From Seinonella peptonophila (GTDB lineage Bacteria; Bacillota; Bacilli; Thermoactinomycetales; Thermoactinomycetaceae): a DNA stretch of 32,000 nt. The translations under genes and the position numbers were made by a program. The notes under the pieces were generated by a model. It was not told the DNA's origin, searched no databases, and saw nothing but the letters and a program-made list of their open reading frames with translations. Position 1 is the first letter of the stretch. Each line of letters opens with the position of its first letter. The DNA is taken from NCBI RefSeq assembly GCF_900129355.1, contig NZ_FQVL01000008.1, forward strand, positions 99,155 to 131,154, in the 5' to 3' direction. This document shows positions 19,096-28,351 of the stretch, piece after piece.

Positions 19096-19801
19096 ACAAA
19101 TCAATCAGCGCTTGGTCGTTTCCTGCCAGGCGTTAGAGCATGAACCACTTCATAGTTCCTATATTATGTCCAAAATGGCTCTTGCCGCTCAAGAAGGCGG
19201 AGCTGCGGGCATCCGAGCAAATTCACAAGCAGATATTCAAGCGATCAAAGCAGAGGTAGCTTTACCTGTGATCGGAATTATCAAAAGGAATTATGAAGAT
19301 AGTGATGTATTTATAACAGCTACAAAAAGAGAGCTGAATGAGCTATTCGAAAGCGGTTGTGATATGATCGCAATGGATGCCACCTTTCGAAAAAGACCTA
19401 GTGGTATACAACTTGCTGATCTGGTCACATATGTTCGCAAACAAAATCCAGCCATCCAACTGATGGCAGATATATCATCAGTCGAAGAGGCACGATATGC
19501 TGAGAAACTCGGATTTGACTGTGTATCAACTACCTTATATGGGTACACCGATCAAACAAAAGAACAGAAGCTCTATGACAGTAACTTTTCATTCTTAAAA
19601 CACGTATTACACCATGTTTCTCTTCCTGTCATTGCTGAAGGGAACATCATCACACCTGAAATGGCACAAAAAGCCTTAATACTGGACGCACATGCCGTAG
19701 TAGTGGGAGGAGCAATCACTCGCCCACACCAAATTACTGCTCGTTTTGTTGAGCAAATCTCTAAGCAAAACCACACTGTTACTGCAGAAACACAGCGATA
19801 A
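19088..19801 (+). CDS. nanE: N-acylglucosamine-6-phosphate (ManNAc-6-P) 2-epimerase
   Basis: '[38 protein letters not shown]', '[31 protein letters not shown]'. ATG at 19088 overlaps the EIICB stop. Confidence 0.92.
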   Translation: MLKQINQRLVVSCQALEHEPLHSSYIMSKMALAAQEGGAAGIRANSQADIQAIKAEVALPVIGIIKRNYEDSDVFITATKRELNELFESGCDMIAMDATFRKRPSGIQLADLVTYVRKQNPAIQLMADISSVEEARYAEKLGFDCVSTTLYGYTDQTKEQKLYDSNFSFLKHVLHHVSLPVIAEGNIITPEMAQKALILDAHAVVVGGAITRPHQITARFVEQISKQNHTVTAETQR

Positions 19802-20017
19802 CGAGCTGATCTCATATACACTAGATTCGATATTCAGGTTCAAGCGTGTTCTTTAGGCGAAGTGGTGAGAGATCGTAAATCTACTCGATACGTCTCTCGC
19901 CCTCTCACAGCTCAAGTTCAACGATACGATGCTTAAATGAACAAACAAATCCTTTCAATGTAGGATTGAAATCGATTCACTTCCATCAGACAATGGGATA
20001 AAAAGGGAGTTTGACGC

Positions 20018-20815
20018 ATGTCCTCGGTTTTAAATGAAATCCAAAGCATTTACTCATCTTTATCCGATAAGGAAAAAAGCATCGCCAACTATATTCTAGC
20101 CCACCCTGAAGAGACTTCAAGAGGGCATATACAGGAACTTGCGGATGCTACAGGCGTTTCTATCAGTGCCATTACACGTTTTGCCAAAAAGGTATCTTGC
20201 AAAAATTTTGTTGAAATGAAAGTGAAGCTAGCTAGTGGTGCTGATCCAAAACCAAGTACAGGAATCGAACAGCGACTACTCGCTTCTTATCGGGATATGC
20301 TAACAGATGTACAGTCATTGATCGATCATAAGCGTTTCCAAAATGTTTTAAAACTGATCCAGAACGCAAAGCGAATCTTTATCTATGGACTAGGCAGTTC
20401 AGGTCTAGCTGCCCAAGAGTTAAATTATCGTCTCAGTCGAATGGGTTTTATCTCTGAATCGATCACTGATCCTCACTTGATGGTTATTCGTAGCACACTT
20501 TTACAGGATGGTGATTTAGTCCTCGCTTTTTCTCGCTCGGGGCAAACGATTGATCTGTTGCAATCGATCCAAAAAGTGAAAGATAAAGGTGCCAAAGTAA
20601 TTGCTTTTACTGCATATGGTGATTCCCCTCTCATAAAAATAGCGGATGAATTTTTATGGACGGTTCATCCTATGCGAAATACTTTTATACTTACGGGTCT
20701 AGATATGAGTACACTCTATTTAATTGATAGAATCAGTCTTCATTTTCTTGCAGATCAGAAGCGAGAAGCACTTTATTTAGAGACAGTCGATGCAATCCAT
20801 AATCGAAGAAGCTGA
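20018..20815 (+). CDS. RpiR-family transcriptional regulator with SIS domain (MurR/RpiR type)
   Basis: 'FAKKVSCKNFVEMKVKLA' HTH region; SIS 'RIFIYGLGSSGLAAQELNYRLSRMG', 'DLVLAFSRSGQTIDLLQ'. Confidence 0.92.
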   Translation: MSSVLNEIQSIYSSLSDKEKSIANYILAHPEETSRGHIQELADATGVSISAITRFAKKVSCKNFVEMKVKLASGADPKPSTGIEQRLLASYRDMLTDVQSLIDHKRFQNVLKLIQNAKRIFIYGLGSSGLAAQELNYRLSRMGFISESITDPHLMVIRSTLLQDGDLVLAFSRSGQTIDLLQSIQKVKDKGAKVIAFTAYGDSPLIKIADEFLWTVHPMRNTFILTGLDMSTLYLIDRISLHFLADQKREALYLETVDAIHNRRS

Positions 20816-20965
20816 TCGATTACAAAATTCATGATTCGTCATATCAATCGAATCAATCACAAGTTGATTGTTCCTTACATCGCTTTAATAGTCAAGTAAT
20901 CTCTATAAAGGAATGGGGTTGCCTCAAGGCGAAAGTTGAAACGCAAACAAGAAAGGAAGGGTAGT

Positions 20966-21454
20966 ATGTTTAAAAAATTATTTGGGCGTACCAATTCTAA
21001 TAGCAAAGAGACTCTTTTTGCACCGCTGTCTGGTCAAATTGTCCCACTTGATCAAGTTCCAGACGCTGCTTTTGCAGAAAAGATGCTAGGAGATGGCGTT
21101 GCCATTCAACCGGCTGAAGGAGAAGTAGTTGCCCCAATTGAAGGAGAAGTGGTAACCATTCCTCCTACGAAACATGCGATCGGCATTCGATCGCCACAAG
21201 GAGTAGAGATTTTGATCCACATTGGACTTGATACTGTACAGTTAAAAGGAGAAGGGTTTGAAACACTCGTCGAAGAAGGACAGCGAGTCTCAGTCGGTCA
21301 ACCTCTACTCCGATTTCAGCTCGATTTGTTACAAGCAAAAGGACTTAACACTGTAACCCCTGTTGTGATCACAGATACCAAAGGTGATCGGTCTGTCGAA
21401 GTATTAGCACAAGATGAGGTTACCAAAGGTAAGACCATACTGATCCAAATTTAG
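20966..21454 (+). CDS. PTS glucose-family EIIA component
   Basis: 'PLSGQIVPLDQVPDAAFAEKMLGDGVAIQPAEGEVVAPIEGEV', 'GVEILIHIGLDTVQLKGEGFE' with active-site His. Start preferred at 20966 (SD GAAAGGAAGGG). Confidence 0.92.
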   Translation: MFKKLFGRTNSNSKETLFAPLSGQIVPLDQVPDAAFAEKMLGDGVAIQPAEGEVVAPIEGEVVTIPPTKHAIGIRSPQGVEILIHIGLDTVQLKGEGFETLVEEGQRVSVGQPLLRFQLDLLQAKGLNTVTPVVITDTKGDRSVEVLAQDEVTKGKTILIQI

Positions 21455-21627
21455 TTAAATATTCCGATTCATTTCAATTGTTGTCTTCCACGATAGAAGA
21501 TACAATTGATATCAAGTGACTGGTACGAGACGATATGAAATGTCGTTGTCCCTTTATAGCTCCGAAAAATGGCTATTCAGACTTTAGATGTCTATAGATT
21601 TGCAAATTTTCCCTCAATTTATACCAC

Positions 21628-21656
21628 GTGACCATGGGGCACACCCCCATGGTCAC
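21628..21656. terminator. Strong hairpin downstream of the 31-aa minus-strand ORF
   Basis: GTGACCATGGGG-CACAC-CCCCATGGTCAC, 12-bp perfect stem; no clear U tract. Confidence 0.4.
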
Positions 21657-21683
21657 AGCCATCACTAGAAACTCATCAGGTCA

Positions 21684-21779
21684 TCAGTTCTCGATGGTCT
21701 CCTTGTCGTAGCAATCCTGGCAAAGCTTCTTACCACCGATGGTGATCATCCACTCTTTCTGTTTGCACTTGTCACACAT
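21684..21779 (-). CDS. Candidate 31-aa zinc-binding-type micro-protein
   Basis: Read manually: MCDKCKQKEWMITIGGKKLCQDCYDKETIEN*; two CxxC knuckles, GAGGGA-like SD upstream of ATG, hairpin downstream. Confidence 0.5.
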   Translation of the reverse strand: MCDKCKQKEWMITIGGKKLCQDCYDKETIEN

Positions 21780-22320
21780 AGGATCTCATTCCCTCTCAAT
21801 TCACAACCACATGAGTAGCATCAAAAGCACAACAATTGATCTCGTGTTGGGTCGATAAACCTCCCGAACTGAGCATATTCTCCATTCATTTATACTATAT
21901 CAAATAGACCAAATGATTTGAACCATATCTCTTTTTTATGCTGATGAGATCGAACTTATTTTATTTTTTAACACGTTTTACTGTTGTTAATCTGTCAACC
22001 ACTAAGCCCATCTCGATGCTCATAACAAGCATCCATCATATTATTCAACCATAACTCCTATATCACAATAAACATATCTTTTTTGAATCATCTCTGTTTA
22101 ACACCAATTGCCCTCAGCCATTATGTGAGAACACGTGTCAATATGCCATATGAAGCAAATGTAAATCTCCCAAAATCATCCCACTCGAATATACAATCGT
22201 TTGTATGATTAAATTACTAATGAGTTTCTATACTAGTTAAAAAATACAGTAATATTGATCCTACTTAACTTTCTTGATAATATTTTTGATGTGATCGGAT
22301 TGTACGAAAGGAGCAAACCT

Positions 22321-23151
22321 ATGTTTAAAATCGGTTCTTTTTCCAAAATGAGTCGTGTCCCCATCAAAACGCTCCGCTACTATGATCAGCGGGATTTGCT
22401 GAAACCTGCGATGATTGACCAGGATTCGGGTTACCGCTATTACTCCGCTGGTCAATTACTAAAGATTAAGCGCATTATTGCCTTGAAAAAACAAGGCTTT
22501 ACATTAGAAGAAATTAAACAACTATTAGCCGAGGATATATCCTTTCCCCATGTAAAACAATCGCTAGCTGAAAAGCAGCATGAGTTAACAGAAGTGATCA
22601 AGGAAGCACAACGGCAATTAAATGAGCTTGATACTGGTTTACGATGTATAGAAGAACTAGATGAACAAGTTTCGTCTTCTTCCATTGTGGTGCGCAATGT
22701 AAAAAAACAACTTGTCGCTTCCATCCGTGATCAGATTCCACAAGTAGAACTCTGCCTCCTTTTACATGAGCTCAAACAGTATATTCAACTTCAAGGAGAA
22801 GACGAAAATCGGCCCATGCATATATTACGACATCAACATCACCATAAAAGAGATCATGAAGATATGGTTGACTTAGAAGTTGCGATTCCCCTAGCCAAGG
22901 AAATCCCTGATAGTGATCGTATCAAAATCTACGAACTTCCTGAAATACCGCAAGCAGCTTCTTATGTACACTTATGCGACCCATATCAAACAGCTTGCTT
23001 GGCACAATCGCAGCTAACTACATGGATCTCTAAAAATGGCTATCGTCCAACCGATCAGGCACCTATTCGAGAAATTTATCTTACAGCGGATAAAGATATA
23101 TATGGAAAGCTACTCACTACCGAATTATTAATCCCAGTTGAAAAGCTATAA
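22321..23151 (+). CDS. MerR-family transcriptional regulator with effector-binding C-terminal domain
   Basis: 'MFKIGSFSKMSRVPIKTLRYYDQRDLLKPAMIDQDSGYRYYSAGQLLKIKRIIALKKQGFTLEEI'; start at 22321 with SD AAAGGAG. Confidence 0.92.
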   Translation: MFKIGSFSKMSRVPIKTLRYYDQRDLLKPAMIDQDSGYRYYSAGQLLKIKRIIALKKQGFTLEEIKQLLAEDISFPHVKQSLAEKQHELTEVIKEAQRQLNELDTGLRCIEELDEQVSSSSIVVRNVKKQLVASIRDQIPQVELCLLLHELKQYIQLQGEDENRPMHILRHQHHHKRDHEDMVDLEVAIPLAKEIPDSDRIKIYELPEIPQAASYVHLCDPYQTACLAQSQLTTWISKNGYRPTDQAPIREIYLTADKDIYGKLLTTELLIPVEKL

Positions 23152-23190
23152 ATTCACCCCTTCATTCAGAGCGATGAAGGGGTGAATTTT
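23151..23190 (+). terminator. Intrinsic terminator after the MerR regulator
   Basis: AATTCACCCCTTCAT-TCAGAGCG-ATGAAGGGGTGAATTTTTTT, 15-bp perfect stem plus T tract. Confidence 0.9.
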
Positions 23191-23204
23191 TTTAAAAGCG
23201 GCCC

Positions 23205-23236
23205 TTGACTCTCCACCATGATGGAGTGTGTAAATT
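23205..23236 (+). promoter_or_regulatory. MerR-type promoter/operator for the SDR gene
   Basis: TTGACT-20 nt-TAAATT with dyad CTCCA(N6)TGGAG lying in the overlong spacer. Confidence 0.7.
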
Positions 23237-23266
23237 AGAATCAACCAAATCAAAGGAGTGAGTTAC

Positions 23267-24034
23267 ATGAGTAAAAATCTAGTAGGGAAAGTTGCCCTTG
23301 TTACAGGGGGTAGCCGAGGAATCGGAAGAGGGATAGCACTCAGATTAGCAAAAGAAGGGGCATTAGTAGCGGTACACTATGGTAGCCGTTTTGCAGCAGC
23401 AGAAGAAGTGGTAAATCAGATTAAAACGGATGGAGGAGAAGCATTTGCAATTGGAGCTCCTTTAAACACCCTTGACGGCGTAGAGCAACTACTTCAATCT
23501 TTCGATCAGGAATTACTGCAACGGACAGACAGTAAGCAATTTGACATATTAGTCAACAATGCAGGAATTGGCACTGCTGAAACTTTCGAAGAAACGACGG
23601 AAGAAATGTTTGACCAATTGTTTGCGGTTAATGTTAAAGCACCTTTCTTCCTAGTACAAAAGTCACTCACACGTCTTCGCGATGGAGGTAGAATCGTCAA
23701 TATATCATCAGGTGTAACACGTATCGCCTATCCTCATATCATGGCTTATAACCTAACCAAGGGGGCTATCAATACATTTACACTTAATCTTGCACAACTC
23801 CTAGGACCACGTAACATTACAGCTAATGCCGTTTTACCAGGAATTGTGGATACAGATGTGAACGCTGCTTGGCTTCATACGCCAGAAGGACAGCAACATG
23901 CAAGTGAAATGTCTGCGCTAGGTCGAATTGGCGAGCCTGAAGATATTGCCGATATTGTCAGTTTCCTTGCCTCTAACGATGCTCGATGGATCACAGGACA
24001 AATGATCGATGCCACAGGAGGCGCTCATCTTTAA
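23267..24034 (+). CDS. Short-chain dehydrogenase/reductase (FabG-like)
   Basis: 'KVALVTGGSRGIGRGIALRLAKEG', 'DILVNNAG', 'YNLTKGAINTFTLNLA'. Start preferred at ATG 23267. Confidence 0.92.
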   Translation: MSKNLVGKVALVTGGSRGIGRGIALRLAKEGALVAVHYGSRFAAAEEVVNQIKTDGGEAFAIGAPLNTLDGVEQLLQSFDQELLQRTDSKQFDILVNNAGIGTAETFEETTEEMFDQLFAVNVKAPFFLVQKSLTRLRDGGRIVNISSGVTRIAYPHIMAYNLTKGAINTFTLNLAQLLGPRNITANAVLPGIVDTDVNAAWLHTPEGQQHASEMSALGRIGEPEDIADIVSFLASNDARWITGQMIDATGGAHL

Positions 24035-24140
24035 AAAAGCTAGGTAGTAGGGTCATCATGTAGTCCTTGCTACCTTTCTTCTCTTAATACATAAACTCCT
24101 TAGAAGAGATCTATAAGTGTTAGATACATCATGTTTTATA

Positions 24141-24989
24141 CTACAAACTTATATTCGATTCTTTTAGCCAAGTATCCAAGCTTAATAACGTGGGGTGTAA
24201 TTGCTGTAAATATGCAAGATCAGCCTGATAACCCTCTTGCATAAAAAACTGAAAAGCTTTGATTCCATCATGTTCATGAGATGATTTTGGAGGCGACGCT
24301 TGATATTGTACAGGCATCGAGAAATACCTTTGAAACTTTTCAATCAGTTGATTAACTGTAAGTTCGTCTCCGGCGATTTCGAGCACTTCTCCTATATATT
24401 GATTTGGGTTTTCAAATGTAATTCTGGCAAACACACCAATATCATGGACAGCAATCATTTGTACTTTTGTTTCAAGTGCCCCTTTATAAGCAAGCTGAAT
24501 CTGACCATCGACTTTTTGCAGAGTAAAACGAAAGTTTTCCATAAACATCACAGGTCGAAGAATGGTAAAAGGTATATCTAATTTACGTATATACTGTTCT
24601 ATCACTCCTTTATTTTCGAATGAAGTAATGCCTGTCTGCCGATTCGCCCCTGCCACAGAACTATAGACCAAATGAGAAACACCTGCATTTTTTGCAGAAT
24701 CGACAACCAATTTACCTTGGCTCAACTCTTTATCAAGATTATGAAGATCTAATGCTTGCATACTAAAAACGCCATATACATCTTTCATTGCTGATTGAAC
24801 CGAGATAGGATCATCTAAATCACCCTGAATGATTGTAACACCTAATTTCTGAAGTGATTGGGGAGTTGGTTGATGTGGATCACGTACCAATGCCCGAACA
24901 TTCCATCCGGTTGTAAGGAGTTGTCTTACAACTGCTCCCCCTTGTTGACCTGTTGCCCCGATCACTAAAATTGTTTTTGCTGCCATCAT
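24141..24989 (-). CDS. NmrA-family NAD(P)-binding protein
   Basis: 'KTILVIGATGQQGGAVVRQLLTTGWNVRALVRD', 'FTILRPVMFMENF'. Confidence 0.9.
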   Translation of the reverse strand: MMAAKTILVIGATGQQGGAVVRQLLTTGWNVRALVRDPHQPTPQSLQKLGVTIIQGDLDDPISVQSAMKDVYGVFSMQALDLHNLDKELSQGKLVVDSAKNAGVSHLVYSSVAGANRQTGITSFENKGVIEQYIRKLDIPFTILRPVMFMENFRFTLQKVDGQIQLAYKGALETKVQMIAVHDIGVFARITFENPNQYIGEVLEIAGDELTVNQLIEKFQRYFSMPVQYQASPPKSSHEHDGIKAFQFFMQEGYQADLAYLQQLHPTLLSLDTWLKESNISL

Positions 24990-25142
24990 CGTTTCCCCTT
25001 TTTCAATGATATTGAAGCAATTGAGTCTCTACTATACTATATGATATTTTATTTTTATTAGATTACTATTTAAAGTAGGCAATATTTTTATATATAATTT
25101 CATATAAGAAACCAACTATATTTTCGTAAGGATGGTAAAAAG

Positions 25143-25490
25143 ATGGAAATCAAATTAGAACAAGAGCAATGTTTTCTTTCTATTCAACAAGCACTTCGTC
25201 TGCTTGGAGGAAAATGGTCATTCTTAGTTCTGGGTCAGCTCTTTTGTCATCAGCCGCAACGCTTTAACCAACTAAGGAGAAGCTTAGATAACATTAGTAC
25301 CAAATCTTTAACAGACACTTTACGGCACCTAGAAAAAAGTGGAGTTATTCATCGAAATGTCATCCCTACTGTACCAGTAACTGTAGAATATTCTTTAACA
25401 GATAAAGGCAGAGCATTTAGAGATGTAATTGTTGAGATGAGGAAATGGGGAGAAGCTTGGGGAAATGGTATACAAGAGAAGATGCACTAA
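25143..25490 (+). CDS. HxlR-family transcriptional regulator
   Basis: 'QALRLLGGKWSFLVLGQLFCHQPQRFNQLRRSLDNISTKSLTDTLRHLEKSGVIHR'; divergent from the nmrA-like gene. Confidence 0.9.
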   Translation: MEIKLEQEQCFLSIQQALRLLGGKWSFLVLGQLFCHQPQRFNQLRRSLDNISTKSLTDTLRHLEKSGVIHRNVIPTVPVTVEYSLTDKGRAFRDVIVEMRKWGEAWGNGIQEKMH

Positions 25491-25723
25491 GCAGTGAACG
25501 TATTCAAATTGATGACACTACTTTGCGCTTGCAAACACATCGACGCAGTACAGCATCGACCATCCACAGTTCAAAGGATTTAAACTACCTACGTAAGTGG
25601 ATCTTTTTGAATGACACAGGCTTTTATGAGGAGATCCTGCCTTCAGATATCGTGTCTTCGCTAAAACATATGGCTAATCTTTTCATATGTAAAGAAAATT
25701 CATATCATAAGAGCTTTTCCTAA
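25445..25723 (+). pseudogene. Possible decayed coding remnant, family uncertain (weak GNAT N-terminus resemblance)
   Basis: 'DDTTLRLQTHRRSTASTIHSSKDLNYLRKWIFLNDT' vaguely resembles RimJ-type acetyltransferase starts; overlaps the HxlR 3' end; no full domain. Confidence 0.25.
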
Positions 25724-25787
25724 TCTGCTGTTACAAGCAGATTCAGAGTGTAGACAAACCTGCTTTAGCAGGAAGGTCTACACTCTG

Positions 25788-25818
25788 AAGCGTTTGGTAT
25801 TTTTACCAAACGCTTTTT
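25788..25818 (+). terminator. Strong intrinsic terminator, last of three consecutive hairpins
   Basis: AAGCGTTTGGTA-TTTT-TACCAAACGCTTTTT. Confidence 0.85.
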
Positions 25819-25995
25819 CATCATGGCTATTTACGAGAAAAATCCCCAGTGTATCTTCCTCAGTGATATTATTTGGATTTTTGAAACTATAAAAGTATAG
25901 GGAACCTTATTGATGATTGTTAGACAAATGACAGTTTCACACCTCTTATTTCATTCATATCGTAAATGGAATCCAATTGAATAGGAGGATATGAA

Positions 25996-26397
25996 GTGAA
26001 AAAAACAGTTGGTCCTCTTTGCCAGAGATTTGCAACAATACTTGGTGGAACTCCTCAAATTGTAAACGGTGTTTGTACAGTAACCCGCATCATTCCTCAT
26101 AGGGTAACGATTTTAGGTCGAAGGTCTAAATCTGCTTTGACGTTGGCAGCTTTATTTTCATTTGAATCTATGGATAGAAAAGGGCGGGCATTGAACCTTG
26201 GGGAAACGCATATTTTACAACAAGACGTTAACCCTTTTATCTCCGCATTACGCAAACGAAATATTATGGTAACAGCTCTGCATAATCATTGGTTGTTTGA
26301 TAAACCTCGTATGATGTTTATTCATTGGCAATCCGTCGAAAATCCAATTACATTTGCAAGAAAAACAGCTGAAGCACTCAAGTTAATCACTCATTAA
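25996..26397 (+). CDS. DUF1259-like (LppY/LpqO) domain protein
   Basis: 133 aa: 'TVGPLCQRFATILGGTPQIVNGVCTVTRIIPHRVTILGRRSKSALTLAALFSFES...ALHNHWLFDKPRMMFIHWQ'; GTG start with AGGAGG SD. Confidence 0.7.
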   Translation: MKKTVGPLCQRFATILGGTPQIVNGVCTVTRIIPHRVTILGRRSKSALTLAALFSFESMDRKGRALNLGETHILQQDVNPFISALRKRNIMVTALHNHWLFDKPRMMFIHWQSVENPITFARKTAEALKLITH

Positions 26398-26599
26398 ATA
26401 TTTTAAAACAAAAGAATCATATTCCATTTGAAAATTAGGTTTAATGGAAATTCAGACCGGAGATCTGTCATAGTTATTCTTGACTACAGTCTGAATCAGC
26501 ATTTTACTTCTATTATTGAAATTTACTTATACATGAAACGCTAATTATTTGTATATATAATCGAAAAACCAAAAAGTCAAAGGGGCCAATGGAGCGATC

Positions 26600-26880
26600 A
26601 ACCAAAGAAAAATCAGAGCATGCGAGCTGGTGCTATTTCTATTGGTTATCCAGCACGTTTCATCGAAAATTTACTATCCCAACTGGTTACCTGCTCACAA
26701 GAAAAGAAGCAGGGATTAGTATGGTCCCTTTGGTTGCTGAGTAATTAAATCGTTGCTCGTTACCCTTTGAAACGTTCGGTCAAGTTTTGTTGTCGAAATA
26801 TATTCCATTGTTCAGCACCGTTATTCACTAAAATGTCTAATTTCCCAAATCGCTTTCTTGTTTTGGACACAATCTGTTGC
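26600..26880 (-). pseudogene. Decayed short-chain dehydrogenase (SDR) with internal deletion and in-frame stops
   Basis: Minus strand reads 'QQIVSKTRKRFGKLDILVNNGAEQWNIFRQQNLTERFKG*' and then, at the low-coordinate end, 'SWDSKFSMKRAG*PIEIAPAR', matching the SDR 'FGKLDILVNNAAEQ' and 'PMKRAGQPEEVAPAY' regions; the middle is missing. Confidence 0.75.
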
Positions 26881-27265
26881 TAGTTATGATTTGTTTACTT
26901 CGTAGAATATTTGAGTCATCAAACCTATTATTTCTGCAAAGGAGAATAATACATATGTGCTGTTCATTAGAGATGTGAACGGAAAAGTGGTAACAAAAAC
27001 AGATCATAATCCCCTCTTTAAGGGATCAGCGGATTTGTAGATCACTCAATTGATATGGTGCAATCCTTAGATGAGATCTAATCATCCTCAATAGATATCA
27101 TGTATAGAAGTATTACATGACTTCGCAAAACAATTTTTATCGGAGATTTTATATTAAATATATTTAAAAGAATCCCCTTTCATGGTATTTTTATTAAAAC
27201 TCCTATTAAACACAGCTATCAGTCAATAACTATTATTTACCTGTTTGACATCAAAGGAGGCCCTT

Positions 27266-27685
27266 ATGAAAAAATCCCTGATTTTTGTATCACTACTTGC
27301 TTTTTCTTTGCTAGTCCCTTTTTCAGCTTTTGCAGATACAGGATCATCGGCTAGCTCTGGACTGTTCATTTCCAAAGCACCTCACCAAATCCCTGGAGAA
27401 CCACCTGGTTTGAACCCATCGATTCCTGATACACCACCTGATGGTAGCAAAACAGAAGAGGAATATACACAAAAATATTTAGAAGACAACTATACTAAAT
27501 TCAAAGAAGCTGAAAATGGAACATGGTGGCGAGGAAACCCTAATAAAGGAATTCCTGATTATGTAATGGTATTTGTATGGAATAATAGTAAACAGGATGC
27601 TCTAAATATTGCTAAATTTTGGATGCAAAACGACGGTGAAAACTTAAAAAAAGCTGAACCATTTCCTACCCCAATAGCGAAATAA
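27266..27685 (+). CDS. Small secreted protein of unknown function
   Basis: Signal peptide 'MKKSLIFVSLLAFSLLVPFSAFADT'; SD AAAGGAGG; start preferred at 27266. Confidence 0.6.
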   Translation: MKKSLIFVSLLAFSLLVPFSAFADTGSSASSGLFISKAPHQIPGEPPGLNPSIPDTPPDGSKTEEEYTQKYLEDNYTKFKEAENGTWWRGNPNKGIPDYVMVFVWNNSKQDALNIAKFWMQNDGENLKKAEPFPTPIAK

Positions 27686-27768
27686 GAATTCTCACATATA
27701 CTAAGAAATAATCATCCACTTCATTCTTGGAGAATAGAAGTTCTATCAAGCACTCCTTAGACTGAAAA

Positions 27769-27803
27769 AAGCACTTCTGAAAATCTATTCAGAAGTGCTT
27801 TTT
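27769..27803 (+). terminator. Intrinsic terminator
   Basis: AAGCACTTCTGAA-AATCTA-TTCAGAAGTGCTTTTT. Confidence 0.85.
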
Positions 27804-27988
27804 GTACGGTGCTAGGTGTAATGCCCGCTGCACATTATGCAACGGGTTTCGCCAATTTTTAAATTTCTACTAAGCAAAGCATGAAATCTTATCGAATGAT
27901 TGTGGCAATCCATATGTAGATGTAAAATTAAGTAATTATGACAACAATTTATATCTACATCGATTTAACTTCGCAAGGAGCTGATCAG

Positions 27989-28351
27989 GTGGTAAAAGAA
28001 AACTATCGGTATCCGATTGAATTTACCATAGATTTAATTAGTGGAAAATGGAAACCACTACTCTTGTTTATTCTCATCCAAGAAGGAACCAAACGTTTTG
28101 GAGAACTCCGACGGATTATTCCAGAAGTTACGCAAGGGGTACTAACTACCCAACTTCGAGAACTGGAACGAGATGGTTTAATCAGTCGAAATGTATATCC
28201 AGAGATTCCACCACGAGTTGAGTATTCGATTACTCAACATGGTAAAACTTTGCTTCCTATCTTAAAGAGGATGTGCGATTGGGGAAGTACTCAAATCGAG
28301 CGACATTCAGTTCAGGCTCATGGTAAAAAACTAGCCTCTAAGAAAGAATAG
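27989..28351 (+). CDS. HxlR-family transcriptional regulator
   Basis: '[61 protein letters not shown]'; GTG at 27989 with AAGGAG SD is a better start than 27938. Confidence 0.9.
   Translation: MVKENYRYPIEFTIDLISGKWKPLLLFILIQEGTKRFGELRRIIPEVTQGVLTTQLRELERDGLISRNVYPEIPPRVEYSITQHGKTLLPILKRMCDWGSTQIERHSVQAHGKKLASKKE

Noticed and set aside
26589-26744. 51-aa plus-strand ORF (MERSTKEKSEHASWCYFYWLSS...) with an AAAGGGG upstream
   Set aside because: It lies antisense over the C-terminal remnant of the SDR pseudogene, so it is most likely a shadow frame.
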